The notes beneath the pieces were generated by a model, which was not told the origin of the DNA, ran no database searches, and was given only the letters and a program-made list of their open reading frames with translations. Position numbers and translations under genes: made by a program. Below are positions 22,721 to 35,956 of a stretch of 64,000 bases of DNA, piece after piece. This DNA is from Mayamaea pseudoterrestris. Its lineage: Eukaryota. The DNA is taken from positions 496,001 to 560,000 of the forward strand of contig BROI01000007.1 in assembly GCA_027923505.1 (NCBI GenBank), given 5' to 3'. The number at the start of each line of letters is the position of its first letter. Positions within the stretch are counted from its first letter, which is position 1.

Positions 22721-23154
22721 TGCTAGCATTACTCCATTTGGCCATAGTTATCATCAGCCTTATTGCATCTGGCTGCTTCTAGAAAGTCCTTTTCTTGCTG
22801 TGAGGATGTTTTACCATGAATTGGAATGCCTTGGAGGTTCATCGTATTGTTGCCTGTGGTTTGGGAATGAGGTCATCAGAGTTCTCCCTCTGGTAATTCC
22901 ATACTTCCCTGCTAGGTTTTTTTGTCAAAGTGAGTCTGCTAGGCTGCAGTATAATATTATATGCTGATCATTGCACGTCGCACTGTATATACACCTGTAC
23001 GACGTACGTACGTCGTACGAGTAGAATCAAATACCGTAGCGACACGATCTACCGTAGACGCGACAGCCGCGTGTGACAAAAAACGACCATGGCGCAAAGA
23101 AGCTTTCGAGCAAATATCTCTCCAGCTACAAACTCTTTTAAAGCTTCTACAACC

Positions 23155-24059
23155 ATGCCAAAAACTTCTTCTAAATCGAATTCCCGTCCACGAGAGGAGA
23201 AACGACTTCGTCGCTATCGGCTGGCGTGTCCCGGCAAGCTCTACGACAGAATTCATCGAGGAGTCACTCAACGACTCTACTTGATTGAACGTACCGAGGA
23301 AGGTCCTGATGAAATGGTCTTTTCGGTGCTTGGTTCCACTGGAAATGTTTATCAAGTGACTCTGACGCATATTCCAACTTGCACTTGTCCTGACTTTATG
23401 AGAAAGCAAGGTGAGTGCGACGAGCGATGCATTATGCATTGTTGCTAGAAGAAGTAATATGACTTTTGTGATGACTTCTACATGGTAACACTTGTCTGAC
23501 AACGTTCCACTTGTCATGAGCAGATGTTTGCAAACACATGATATTCGTCTTGACCAAGGTGGTTGGTCTCGGCGTGGAAAATCGACTTGTCTATCAGCGA
23601 GCGTTTGTTACGACCGAGCTGGAGGAATTGTTTGACATGGCCAAGCGTCGAAGAGTTGGAGGAAGCGTGCTTGCAAATCAGCGCGTCCGCGAATCATTTA
23701 AAAATGGAGCAAGTTCGTGTGGAGGAGCTGTTTGCGGCAAGGACGATAGCGCTTCCGGGGAACCTGTTCCTCGCTCCCTTTTGGTTGATTGTCCCATATG
23801 CTTTGATCGTTTGCAAACCTTGGAGGAATGCACGACATGCCTTGTCTGCAACGCTGGATTCCATAAAGATTGCATTCGTCGCTGGACTGGGCAACAACAA
23901 CGAAGCGGCTCTCCTTCTTGTCCAAACTGTCGATCCGCGTGGCCGATCGAGGGCAAGTCGTCGCAGGTCAGTGACGAAGGCTATGTCAACCTTGGTTCCT
24001 TGCAAGGACAGTCTCCAGTTCGGGATGCGAGTACATATAGACGTCGTCGATATGGTTAA
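23155..24059 (+). CDS. SWIM zinc finger plus RING protein, 2 exons (intron 23411-23523)
   Basis: VLGSTGNVY..CTCPDF..DVCKH (SWIM, completed across the splice); RING CPIC..C..C..FH..CI..W..CPNCRSAW. Confidence 0.9.
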
Positions 24060-24129
24060 ATGTATGATAGCAAATTTTAACAAGAATACTGGTGTAAATA
24101 TATATCTTTTCTACGCAAACACTGCATGC

Positions 24130-27100
24130 TCACAACGCGATCGGCCTCGTGGGCGTATACAAACCAATGAATGTATCGGTCGATCCAGCCGCCAGCAATG
24201 GCTTATACCTGTGAAAGGCCAGACAACTAACTGGGCCGATGCGATGTGATGCCATTTTTTCGTGGTATCGCAATACCTGCATTGTGTCGCCATCTAAAGT
24301 CAACAGCTTGATAAATTGTGCATGCGATCCGGTTGCGACCATGGGGATTTTTGAATGAACAGCAAGGGCTGTCATTGTGCTTCGCTGCACTTCCATTGTC
24401 CGGAGGCTCGACGACATGCGCAAGTCCCAGCTATGATTTTGAAAGAAAAAAATCCAGTCAATAAACTCATAAATTTCGACCCGTCGTCAGTTTAAAAGAC
24501 TTACGCTTTGATTTCTCCGTCTACTGTTCCCGATATCAACTCGTATCGATTTGCATATCCAGTGAAGGCGGTAGCCACCACCCAGCCTTTATGTTCTTTG
24601 AATAGGGTAGAACGTCGTCGTGGATTTGTACCTGACGCACTCGGACTATTCAATTCCTGAACAGGACGATGAACACGAAGATCGAAAATCCTCATTGTCC
24701 CGTCGCTGAATCCACCTACAAGAGTGTCTGGGCCGAATCCATTTGTTGAGGCGAACTGACCGGTCATGTCTGTATCCCAAGCAGTCGTCAGCGTTGTGAT
24801 GTTGGCTTCGCTGTTGGTTTCCAATTTACCAAGAAGAGTTTCCGAGTCGAGATCCCAGCAATTGATGTGAGCTGCATTGCCTCCGGCAAGTAAGCAGCCA
24901 CTCCATTGCTGCCACTCGCAGACCAGGCCGCTGCCCCGTTGACCGGCTTTCATTGGTAAAGCATGAAACGCAGAGATCATACATGGCACAGTGGGGTCCG
25001 CGCCATCTATCGCGTACAGATCGCCCCAAAATCGCACCGATCCGTCATCGCAGCCAACATAGAATAAACTTGACGATGTTTCGTTGACCCAGCCAGATGT
25101 GGTCATTCTCGTACCTTCTGGATTACCGTTCTGTTGTGACACTACCTTTGATCCGTTGTCAGTGTCCCAAACAACGACTGATCCAGTGCCTCCACATGAC
25201 ACGAGAATATTGTCAAATGGATGAAAGCGCAACATTGTAGTCATTGCTACACCATCATTTCGGAAAACTTTGGTCTCCGTTAGCTCGAGCTCCTTCCTCT
25301 TCACAGCTGCTAGCTCCTCTGCAGCTTCAAGAGCATCCTCCTCCTGCTCAAGCAGCATCTCGATGCTTTGCCGCGGGGGCTGGGGAGGTTTCGGCGCTAA
25401 ACTTGCATAATGTTGTCCGAGCTGTTCAGCCTGTCTGCGGGTGGACATTATCCTCGTCGCGTGATGAATCTTGGCGGCACCGGCTGGACTGAGAGGATCA
25501 AGCTTTATGTCGTTTTCGTCAAGCAAATATTCGAAGTTTGTGTCAAAAGTATCCTTCTTCCATGAATAAAATGTCGACTCTGGTATAGAATAGGTAAGCA
25601 CCTCGAATTCAGGTCTGACATGGTGAAGTGATGCAGTTCCTAGCGACGCTTGATGTTCCATTGAACCACCGGCTTCGTCCACTCCATCGGAGAGAACCCG
25701 TCGCAGACCGGGTTTTCTTATCTTCGCGCCTGTTGTTTTTGCTCGCTCAGAATCCCGCAGTCGCATCGGAGGTGGTGGAGTCATCATCGCTCGTGGTTCT
25801 TCGTCGATGTCGGTCAACACAGAAGGCTCTTGAACTATAGCCGAGGTATCAGCATCGCGTTCGCGTTCCGCCTGCATGCGAAACTGAAGCAAATTTTCGT
25901 GTACAAAACTAACGATCTTGCTGGCCGCCTGAGCAATGTTGGGGCAAGGATCCTCCTGCCGAATTATTCGAAGCGCCTCCCATATTTTCCGAAACCTCTC
26001 CAAGCTGTTACTTTCAAGTCCTGAAGGAATGGGGTAACTTCCATTTCTGTCAGCTTGCTTATGAGGATTCACAGGGGAATTGCTTGCAGACCGCTCTTCG
26101 GCCATTGCCACGAAAGCTTCCTGGTATTTTCTGACGACGTATCCCAGCGATATGACAGCTTCGTAGCGAACCAAAACACTCACATCTTTCGTCGCCTGCA
26201 AAATATATGCCGCGGCGTTAAGATCTAATATCATTCTCTGAGTATCGTCATAAACGGACGGCTGCAAAGGTCGTAAGTCTGTGTGGCTCTTTTGCATCTG
26301 AGGCGTCGATAAATGAGGCTGACTTATACCAACACCGTGACTTCCTCCGACCAAAAAGCCAGCTGGGCTGACGGAGCTTAGCGTCGGTTGTAAAGATTGC
26401 CCATGCATGGCATATGCAGGCTGAAGCGGCTGACCTTGAGGAGTGCGAAACTGTGCCGATTGGTGAAAAAACTGCTGAGCAGGTATAGGGTGCCGCAGTT
26501 GAGGTTGGCTATGCAGTGCATCAATATTCTGTGGACGCCACTGAAGACTCGGTACTTCCGACGAAGGTTGAAAAGCCGGTTGTAGCTGTATTCCGGGTCG
26601 AGTATGACCTTGCATGGGTCCAGGAATAGCTAAAAATGTTGCAGAGGGGGCTGCCAAGCCGGAAGTTGGCGTCTGCTGCCCATGCTTTAGATCTTGATAG
26701 GATGACGCACGACTCGTCGGTTTTGGAGGTCGAATCAAACAACCAATCGCGTAACAAGCAGCGGCGCGAACATCGGGATCTTTATCGTCGATACGATTAA
26801 ATAAGCATGTGTGTACACCACCTCTGAAACTTTCATTTTGAGCCGGCGAGTATTCTTTGGACATGTGGCCGAGAGACATGACAAGCCATAATCGGAAATG
26901 CGGGGGAAAATGCCACTCAACTATCTTATCGTGAGCTTTGTTGCCCTGATCGTACGAAGACAGTAAAGCACAGCAGGTGCCGTGCAGATTCAAGCGCATA
27001 CACTCCGCCTGTCCAGCCGAATAATCATCGCAGCAAATCGACAAAACGTAAGCTGCCATTGTACGTTCCTTTGCCGCTTCAACAATCTCAGCCCCTCCGC

Positions 27101-29115
27101 TTGTAAGTCCATACATCAAGTGCTGAGCAAAATGGTGAAACGCTCCATCTTTCAACAGATCGACACGACAGGATGGGTCAAAAGCAAGAACCGACGCCCA
27201 AATACTGACAAGAAGACTTTTGTATTCTGGAGACTGCAACAGTTTCATGACGTACGGGAAAATGCCTAAACTCAAAGCAAGATTGACAGCCCATGGACCT
27301 AAATCCAAAAATCTCCGCAGCAGCAAAAGTGCCCGAATTCGGTGGACCTGGCTGAGCAAGACCTGGAGTACAACCGGTAATTGCTCTGGCGATTCCAATT
27401 TCCCTCGCGCCAATTGCATCTTGTGAATTGCTGCAAATTCAAGCCAGATTTCAAACGCTGTCAGCTGCTCCGAGAAGAAAGGGGATGACGCCGCGTAGCT
27501 TGAGTCAGAGTCTGGTGATGAGCTTGGTTTCGCAGCTCGCATACCCGATTTTGAAGTATCGTCGGGAGTATTATCCTCGTCTCCCGGAGTTTTGACAGGT
27601 TTTACTATGACATGACTACCAAGAACTCCGTCCTTTATCAACTGAAAAAGTAGAGTCTCGCAAACTAGATCCCATGCTCTCCAAAGTGGGTGCTCAGCCA
27701 TGCCTGGCGGAAGCGGAGGATGTGAAACTGGCGTACAACCAAGACTCCGTAAAATCCGATCCGCCAAGAGAAAATTTCTGAACATGCTCGCGACTAGTAG
27801 GTCCTGGCGAAATAGTCGCTGAAATATAGGCTTGGGCAGCATGTTCCATGCGATCGAGTCTGTCACTGCCGTAAATATCCAGTTGAGCTCGCCGAGTGGC
27901 GTCTTACGATCGTTCGCTTGCCCAGGGATGCCATCGACAGCGTCTGGAATTAAAAACAAGTTAGGAAACAAAGAAATCATACAAGTGATCACATGACAAT
28001 GCCCGCGTACCAGGATCTAATCCTCCCATACTATTCGGGTGGTTACGAACAAACCACCTCAGGGCAATGGGTATCGGAGTGGTAAGGCAACTGGTAAAAA
28101 TGTCGGCAGGATAGTCTGGACCCATTGGAAGCCACTCGTTTTCGCTACATCCACATAGCACAATTGTATCATTCACCCATTGGCTTGACAATGCATCTAA
28201 CTCATCGGCCGAAATCCCATTTGCAGCATTGACGCTGGTCAAAGGGTCAGCCAGTGGCGACGAGTGGTTCGTTGGTTGCAGAGGCGCCTTGAAGAATGGA
28301 ATCAAAATACCAGCTGCGGAACAATCAAGGACAACAATCGACGGTTTCTCCATCCAGGAACGCATTTCTAATACACTTAATGGAATATACTCGGTATGAT
28401 TCTTGTCAAAAACCCAAATTTCGCCATTCGCCGTGGGCCTAGGTACACCATGTCCATTGTAATGCAGCAGAATTCGTTCATTTCTCGCCTGACGACGAAG
28501 TTGCACGCAAAGTGATCGTACATCTTCAATCGTCGGATCTAGAGCGCGCCGATGCTTGAGTGGCCGCGCAGTCCTTACTAATTGCCATTTTGCGTACTGC
28601 GATTCCAACCGCTCCCCAATAATTTCCTTGGCCTTTGAGCGAGAAACGGAGCGTGGATCAATCCAGCACTCCAAAACGGCGCAAGGATGCGGCTTGGTAA
28701 TGTCTGGTGGGTCCGTACCAATGTTTAGCGCCAAAATCAAGCCAACGCCAATTGTTTTCATGCGATCTCTGAGACGCCAGTCGGGCTCAATGGTTTCATC
28801 TTGCTTCTTCTTTGGTTGCTGCTCCTTGCCGTTGATGTTATCCTTTCTTTTATCATTTGCATTGATTTGTCGTATCTGCTGTTTCGACATTGTCCCCGTC
28901 GATTGAACGCGTGGCAGCAAGGAAAACGAGCTAACGCGCTTGGTAAAGGACGCATTTGCACCGCCTGCGGCTGCATCGGCTTCCTGCTGCTGCGTCGACT
29001 GTTTCCCATTGACTTTTCCGGAATCCGGGCACGTTAAAGCATCCACCCCTTTTGGGCGGTCCCGCAGGTATGGAGCCTGCATACGCTTGACGAAATATTC
29101 CTTTCGATTCGTCAT
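24130..29115 (-). CDS. RPTOR: Regulatory-associated protein of TOR (Raptor/KOG1), 3 exons (introns 27944-28010 and 24431-24504)
   Basis: RNC domain (WRLRDRMKT, LNIGTDPPD, HYNGHGVPRPTANGEIWVF, PADIFTSCLTTP, LFRQDLLVAS, PEQLPVVLQVLLSQVHR); HEAT region; C-terminal WD40. Confidence 0.97.
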
Positions 29116-29344
29116 CCTTTGTAGCTTTTATGAATTTGGCAATGAGGGACCAACAAGTCAGTAGTAGTGGATCGTCGATTCGATTTTCTGTGTGGGAAAT
29201 GTCTTTTCAGTCCCGCATACTCATTGAGTCTTTTCAAAACTGCTGAAGTCTCATCTATAGCTAAATATCTCGCAAAGATACCAACCATCGGGCAACGACG
29301 AACGAGACTCTGCACACAAACCAAGATGGAAAGCAATCTTTACC
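29116..29344. promoter_or_regulatory. Probable bidirectional promoter between RAPTOR and condensin CND1
   Basis: Divergent start codons only 229 bp apart (positional inference). Confidence 0.5.
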
Positions 29345-32300
29345 ATGGCGCCCTCTGCAAGCTGCTTTCCAATTCCATCCACTCTTCAGGATCTGGAGCG
29401 TGAACCATACAATCTACTGCCATACCCGGACGACTTTAATGACGACGATGACGAAGCTCGCGACGATTCTTTCAGCGCCTTGGTTCGCAAGGTGGAGCAT
29501 GGCAACCGATACTTGACCATGCAGTATGATCAGCAAAACAACAGCGGGGACGATGAAGACGAAGAGGAAGATGAACAGTGGATGGAGGAAGGTCGTCTCC
29601 AAGCAATCTATACGCTGGTTCGGTAAGTGAAATGTATATGATACAACCGAAGCATTTTGCAATCATTGCCGGCTGTTGCTTTCGCAGTCTTGTCACTCAC
29701 CTCTGCTATCATAATTTGTCTGCGATTAGTAAATCTGCCTCTTTAAAAGACGAAACTCGCGACGCTCTCGTTTCACTTCTTTGCCAAGCAGTCAAGCTGA
29801 TTGCTTCGTCACTCAACACGATCTCGGCCAAGGAAGGCGGAGAGGCAGTCCCTCAATCGTTTCGCGATGTATTCAGCTGCCACATGTACATGCTATACTC
29901 GCTCATGTTCCTCCTCGAGACAAACCAAGGAGATGCCAAGGTTCAAGAATCGAACGAGCGTGACATGTACGTTCAAGCCATGCTTTACGCTGCGCAAGCC
30001 ATGTCGGAATGCCGCCAAACGCTATGGCAGCGCGGCGTTGCCGACGAGGCCGTCATTCTTCTTCCCTGCCGCATGGTATATCCATTGTTGGAACGAGCTA
30101 CTGGAGTACAAGCTCGCAAGGCGATCGGCGCCGATGACGCGCTCCAGATTCTCGCAGTGACGCTATATTCGACTGACTCGGCACTGAGCACAATCACGGC
30201 GGCATTGATGGATCTTATGCACTCGTTCGAGCACATGGCGCCCATGGTGGCAGAACTTTGCACAATGGTCACGGAGCAGCCCATTAATCGATTGGCAGTC
30301 GAGTTGCTTCGAGAGATGGGACGTTTAGACGGAAATGATACCAAAGGGAACGGAGTCAAATTCGTCGCTCCTTTTTTGCCGGCTCTCGCACAAGTCCGTC
30401 CTCGGCTTGTGCTGCAGCATTTGACTGTTATTTTGCCGCATCTGCAAGCAGAGACTTATTATTTGCGATCTGCGCTGGTCCAGGCGATCGCTCACGTATT
30501 GGAATATCTTGGCAAGAATGAAATGAGCGCCGAGCACGTTGCAGAATCACCAGATGGTGCAGAGGTTTCATTCATTCACAATTCATCGAATAGCACCAAG
30601 TCTCGCGATGCTCTTTTACAGATTTTGGCCGAGCGCGTCTATGATGTGACATCCTTTACTCGCGGAGCTACGCTCAAGGCTTGGGCGAACTTGGTCATGT
30701 CGAATACGCTTCCCAAGGAAATGCTCTTGCCTGTCACCAAGCTCGCCATCGATCGATTGCAGGACAAGACTGTCGTTGCACGTAAACAGGCCATGGTACT
30801 TTTGACGATGGTGCTTGAAAACAATCCGTTCATGGGAAGTCTAGATCCAAAGCCGTATAATGAGAAGATGCGGGAGCTGTACGACTATGTCAAGGAAAAT
30901 ATGCCGGCTGACGTCAAGGAGGCATACAAAGGCAGCTTGGAAGCAGCTGGAGACGACCCTCGCTCCATTTTTGAAGCAGAACAGGCAGCGCTCGCAGCCG
31001 CTTTGGAAGAAGCTGAAATTATGCTCCGCGACACACCTGATGAGCTAACTGAAGCTCAACAAACATATTGCACCAAGGTCCAGGCATTGAAGTACACTCA
31101 ATCAGCCATTGAGTTTATCGAGCTATTCGAAGAAGCGACTGTTGCATTAGAAGGCATGCTGTTGTCCGTGAACAATAGCGATGTCACCGAAGCTCTTCAC
31201 TTTTTCGTTCAAGCGCGTCACTTCCAGCTTCCTTGTGCTGTAACTGGAATGAAGCGGGCGCTTGCTCTGATGTGGTCCACGGAGACTGCTATCCGCGATG
31301 AGGTATTGAAAGCTTTTATTGAGGTGTTTCTCGCTCAACCGGGCTCCGAGGGGTCAACGCTGCTGCCTCCTCGTCAGATTGCGAAGAATCTTTTGATTCT
31401 TACAAACGAGGCGACCGTCAGCGAGCTTGCATCAATCGAAGAGGCAATTCAGCGGCTTGTGAAAGACAGCCGCATCCCAGAGCAAGTGTTTTTGATACTC
31501 TGGTCGATCGCCAAGGATGGATCGGGTGATTTCCGAGCTGCTGCTTTGCATCTTCTTGCCATGGCGGCTAGTGCTGATCGTAGCTTGATCGACAGCAAGA
31601 GTCGTCTGAAACTACTTCTTGACGCAGGTCTGGGTGAATACACACGAGAGCGCAAGGATTGGAAACTAGCCAAAGCTGCTGCCATCGTGCTTCAGCGTGT
31701 TGGTCGAGCCAAAGTTGATCCGACCGACGCAAAATACCTCGTGCTTGAGCATATCATAGAGGAGCTCTGCGAGGTTGCTCGAGGTGAATGGTGTGACGAT
31801 AAGAAGACGAAAGATACTTTGGCTTGGTTTTCGACAGCAGAAGAGACAATCAAGGCATTATTTGTCATTTCTCCGGAACCCGAGACGATTTGCCGTGAAA
31901 TTATTATTGGCATGTCCGCTGTTACATTTCAGGATGGCTACACAGACTGCAACCCACTTCGCCTTGCTCGCTTCTTTCATGTTCTTGGGCATGTCGCTCT
32001 CCATTTGCTCGTGTACACCGAAGGGTTAAGCAGCGTTGTTCGACGTGCGAATGCTTTGAAGTCGTTGAAAAAACAAGAAGATGTTGGTAAAAAGAAGTCA
32101 CGCAATCAACAGCGTTCTGTTAATGACAGCAGTGGTTCCGAAGAGGACGCGATGGAAGCTGAGCTTGGTATGGATGCTGCGATCGAAGCTGATAATGAAC
32201 GGCAGCTGACTGACATAACTGAGCAAGAAATCATTGGTCGCGGCATTATCGGTGTATACGGTCCTTTGCTCGTTCGCGTTGTGGGGAACGAGGGAGGAGC

Positions 32301-33534
32301 TTTTGCTAGTTCGAACATCTTGATGCAAGCATCGATGCTCACGTTGTGTAAATTTATGTGCGTCTCCGGCAGTTTCTGCGAAAAGCATCTCCCTCTTTTG
32401 TTCACTGGTCTTGCCAACGCTCCTCCAGAAGATACGACCACTCGCGCCAATACTGTCGTCGCATTGGGTGATTTGGCTTTTCGCTTCCCCAACGAAGTTG
32501 AACCGTACACCCCGCGCTTCTACGCATGTCTTCGCGATTCCTCGACTAAAGTCCGCCGCCACACGCTGATGGTACTGACGCACCTCATTCTCAATGACAT
32601 GGTGAAGGTCAAGGGACAGGTGTGCGAGATTGCTATTTGTCTGCAGGACAACGACCTGCGAATCCGTGATATGGCTCGCCTGCTGTTTCACGAGCTCAGC
32701 AAGCGCAGCAACAACCCAATCTACAATCTTCTTCCCGATATAATTAGCCAGTTGAGTCAACTTTCCATGAAAAAAGAAGACTTCCGTGGCATCATGTCTT
32801 TTTTGCTTGGCTACATCAAGAAGGAGCGTCAATGCGAAATGCTTTGCGAGAAGTTGTGCCAGCGCTACCCAAATTGCAAGTCAACGGAACAGAAAGGCGA
32901 TCTAACGTACTGCATTGCCCAATTAAAGATGACCGAGCGGATGATCAAGTATCTTGCAGAAAACTTCAAGCTTTACAAGGATGCTCTTCACGACACTGAG
33001 GTGAATAAGCACATGTTTTCAATCTTGTCCAAGGCCAGAAAGCTTGGCAAACCAGAGCTACGTCAACATTTGGACAGCTGGGAAGCCCACTTGAATGAGG
33101 TAGCTAAGATTGGCGCCGAGAATGAAGCTGCCGACAAAAAGGCAAGTAGCGCTCGTACCCGAGCAAAGAAGAAGGCGTCCAAGAAATCTAAGCTTTTACA
33201 AGTCGTCGAGGAGGACGAGCTTGATATTCAATCAGACAACGAAGCTATGGATGACGAGGAAGCGATCATGCTGCCGCGATCTAGCAAGAAGCCGAGTCGA
33301 ATGGGAAAGAAGACGGCCAAAGTCATTGACGACGAAGATGATGAGCTCGAATTTGCGTCTGGAGAATCATCACCCATGCCACATTCCAACAACAAAGCCA
33401 GTCGCAAGGGAAAGAAGAAAGTCAAAGTCATTGACGACGACGAGGATGATGATGAGAATGAATTCATCGACAAGGAAAATGATCGCCAAATCCTGTCCTC
33501 CAGTCGAAGCTCACGACGTACTCGATTGTCATAA
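29345..33534 (+). CDS. NCAPD2: Condensin complex subunit 1 (CAP-D2/Ycs4), 2 exons (intron 29623 to 29729, alternative acceptor 29687)
   Basis: HEAT protein with Cnd1 motifs LCKFMCVS..FCE..LPLL, RANTVVALGDLAFRFPN, LTHLILNDMVKVKGQ, ELSKRSNNPIYNLLPDI. Confidence 0.95.
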
Positions 33535-33931
33535 GTTTCCGACTTTACATTTTACTATGATTTAAGCAACTAAGTTTTAGTTCACAGGTTGACCAGGATG
33601 TATCGGTCGATCGCCTCATGGGCTGGGGAGATGGAAAATAATAGACGCCACGGGAACTGCTTTGTCTGTCGCAGCGTGTTAGACAGGTAACGATGCGACG
33701 TAAAATGCTTGGACTACTCGTCCGCCCACGGTCAGATCCAGTTCGACCGACTGATGTTCGACTGATGAGACCTCGAGCATGAGCCTTACCATGACCCTCA
33801 GTTTATAGATAAGAATGGCAAACAATGTCATTCGATTGGAATTGATACATTGTTCATCTTGGTGATTCTCTCGTGCTTCGTCGAACAGCTTTGCCCGCAG
33901 TGTGCCAACATAGCAGCCATCACTTTTGAAC

Positions 33932-35480
33932 ATGGAGAAACCGCTTGACTGTGAATCCATGTCGCATCCTATTGTTCGCACTCGCTTGGTGGGACGCAAT
34001 CTTCCTTTCAATCAATCCAAGAATGTAATTCAGGTCATTCATAACTACGGAATGAAAATCATTCGCCTGACGATACATGATTCCTTTCATGTTTTGCTTC
34101 GACTTTCGGCGCTTCAAACGATTCTCTTGATGGTAACACTATTGACAATGAATGTGCTGTTCTTTGCCAGTCTCTACCTTGCGGTTGACCGCAACTACGA
34201 TCCCAAGGGTGTTTGCAATCTGGGAGTAAGTGGAAAGCCGCTAGAGTTTCATACTGCTTTTGCCATTTCGGTTCAAACGAGCGTCAGTGGCGGATATTGG
34301 TGAGTCCTTTCTTGGTGCCTCTATGAACGATCAATCATGGCAATAATCTAAAGATACCAACGCTCTGCAATGACAGCTTCCCGATAGGCAGCAACGCATT
34401 ATTTGAGGATTGCCCGGCCCTGCAATCCGTCTTTTACTTTCAAATTGGCTTTTCTTTACTGACTAACGGTAAGCGATGCATACGACAGTGAGCTCTGCGC
34501 TGAGCTGCTAGCTACTGTTGTTTATTTGTGCTTTGTAAATGTCGATTGGCCGGCTTTTTACGTGGACATGCGCCATTATTTTGTCCATCGAGTCAGTCTA
34601 ACTTTTGCTCCGTCGACTCGCAGCTGTTTGGATCGCTCTCATGATTGCTGCACTTGGCGACAACTCCCAACGAGCCGTACAAGTCCTGTTTTCGGAGAAA
34701 GCTATTGTTTCTGTGCACGGTAGCCAAACGAGGTTTCAAGTACGAATATTTGACGTTAATGCAAAACATCCTGTTGTCAATGCACACGTTCGTCTATACG
34801 CCATGATGAAGGACAAACCTGGCCCTCGTTCTCTGCGACTGGTGCAGCCCGATGATGAACTAGGGGGCGGCATGTTTCTTTCGCTACCTCAAGTCATTAG
34901 CCATCATATTGATTTGTACAGCATCTTGCATCCTCCTAAGGCAGACAATCCTTTACTCGAAAACAAGAATGGCTTGGATATGCGCGAAGCAGATTCCTCC
35001 ATTGGAAAGCGCGGAGAAGTCTCTTGTCCTGTCTGCAGCGAAAATTTTGGTACACATAATCAATGGGTCAGACATGTGAAGTATATGCAAATTGCCGAAA
35101 GTGTCGGCAAGACTCCTCGTCCAGGTGCTCATGGAAAGATTCGAGAATTGGAGCTTGACTTGGATCGGTACAAGCCAACCTCCAATCTTGAGGTTTTACA
35201 CTCTCACTTTGATCAAGAGATTAGCGAAGTTGTCTGTGTGGTGGAAGGCACTGATCCGTTGACGTCGGGAGCCTTTTGTGCAATGCAAAGCTACCAGTCA
35301 TCCGACATTGTTTGGGACCATGGAAGTGCCTTTCATCCCTGCATTAGCGTCGACTCTGACATTTATCGAGTTGACATTGATCGTTTCCATGATATTACAA
35401 AAAAGACATCTGGTGGCAGGCAGCACCAAGTATCAACAAGAGTACATGATTCATTCTTTGCTGTTGGCGGGACATTCTAG
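33932..35480 (+). CDS. Inward-rectifier (Kir-like) channel paralog 1, 3 exons (introns 34300-34376 and 34469-34623)
   Basis: D.FHVLL slide helix, TM1, AFAISVQT pore helix, Cys pair, TM2, VLFSEKAIV, FQVRI, HHID..S.L, EVVCVVEG.D..TS, SY...DI.W..F.P, D.DRFH. Confidence 0.85.
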
Positions 35481-35956
35481 CTTTTCTAACAATAAAAGTT
35501 GGGCGCAGAACATCGTATACTTGGTAGATGCTCTGGTAGTTATGATAGAGGAGCAGCTAACGTTTTGCATGGACTCTAGTATGTCAGAGTTGAATCTGAG
35601 ACAAGTTCTCTCCAATCACATACCGGTAGCAGCTGTAAGAGGCACCAGCCATGCATTCCATCTAGTAAACCAACCTAAATAATGATGCTGGCAGCATTCT
35701 AGTGTCTGTCTATTGGTCGTGGACACAGCCCTCTCGTGTGGGTCCAAAAGAGTGGTTAGTAAACTGTATTGCGCTGCGACACACAACATTCGACTCCTCG
35801 CGATGATGAGAGCTCGAGTTGATGTGAGCTGTGCGTGCTTCTGCTTTGCCATATAGGAGGCTGGGGATGTAGCGCGACCTTCTTACGGACTTTAGTTGCG
35901 GACGGGCAGATAGCGAGACGCAGCGAATAGAGAAGACAGTTAATTACTCGTAGAAA

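Noticed and set aside
23563..24249. 228-aa ORF overlapping SWIM-RING
   Set aside because: Alternative frame of a well-supported gene; no motifs.
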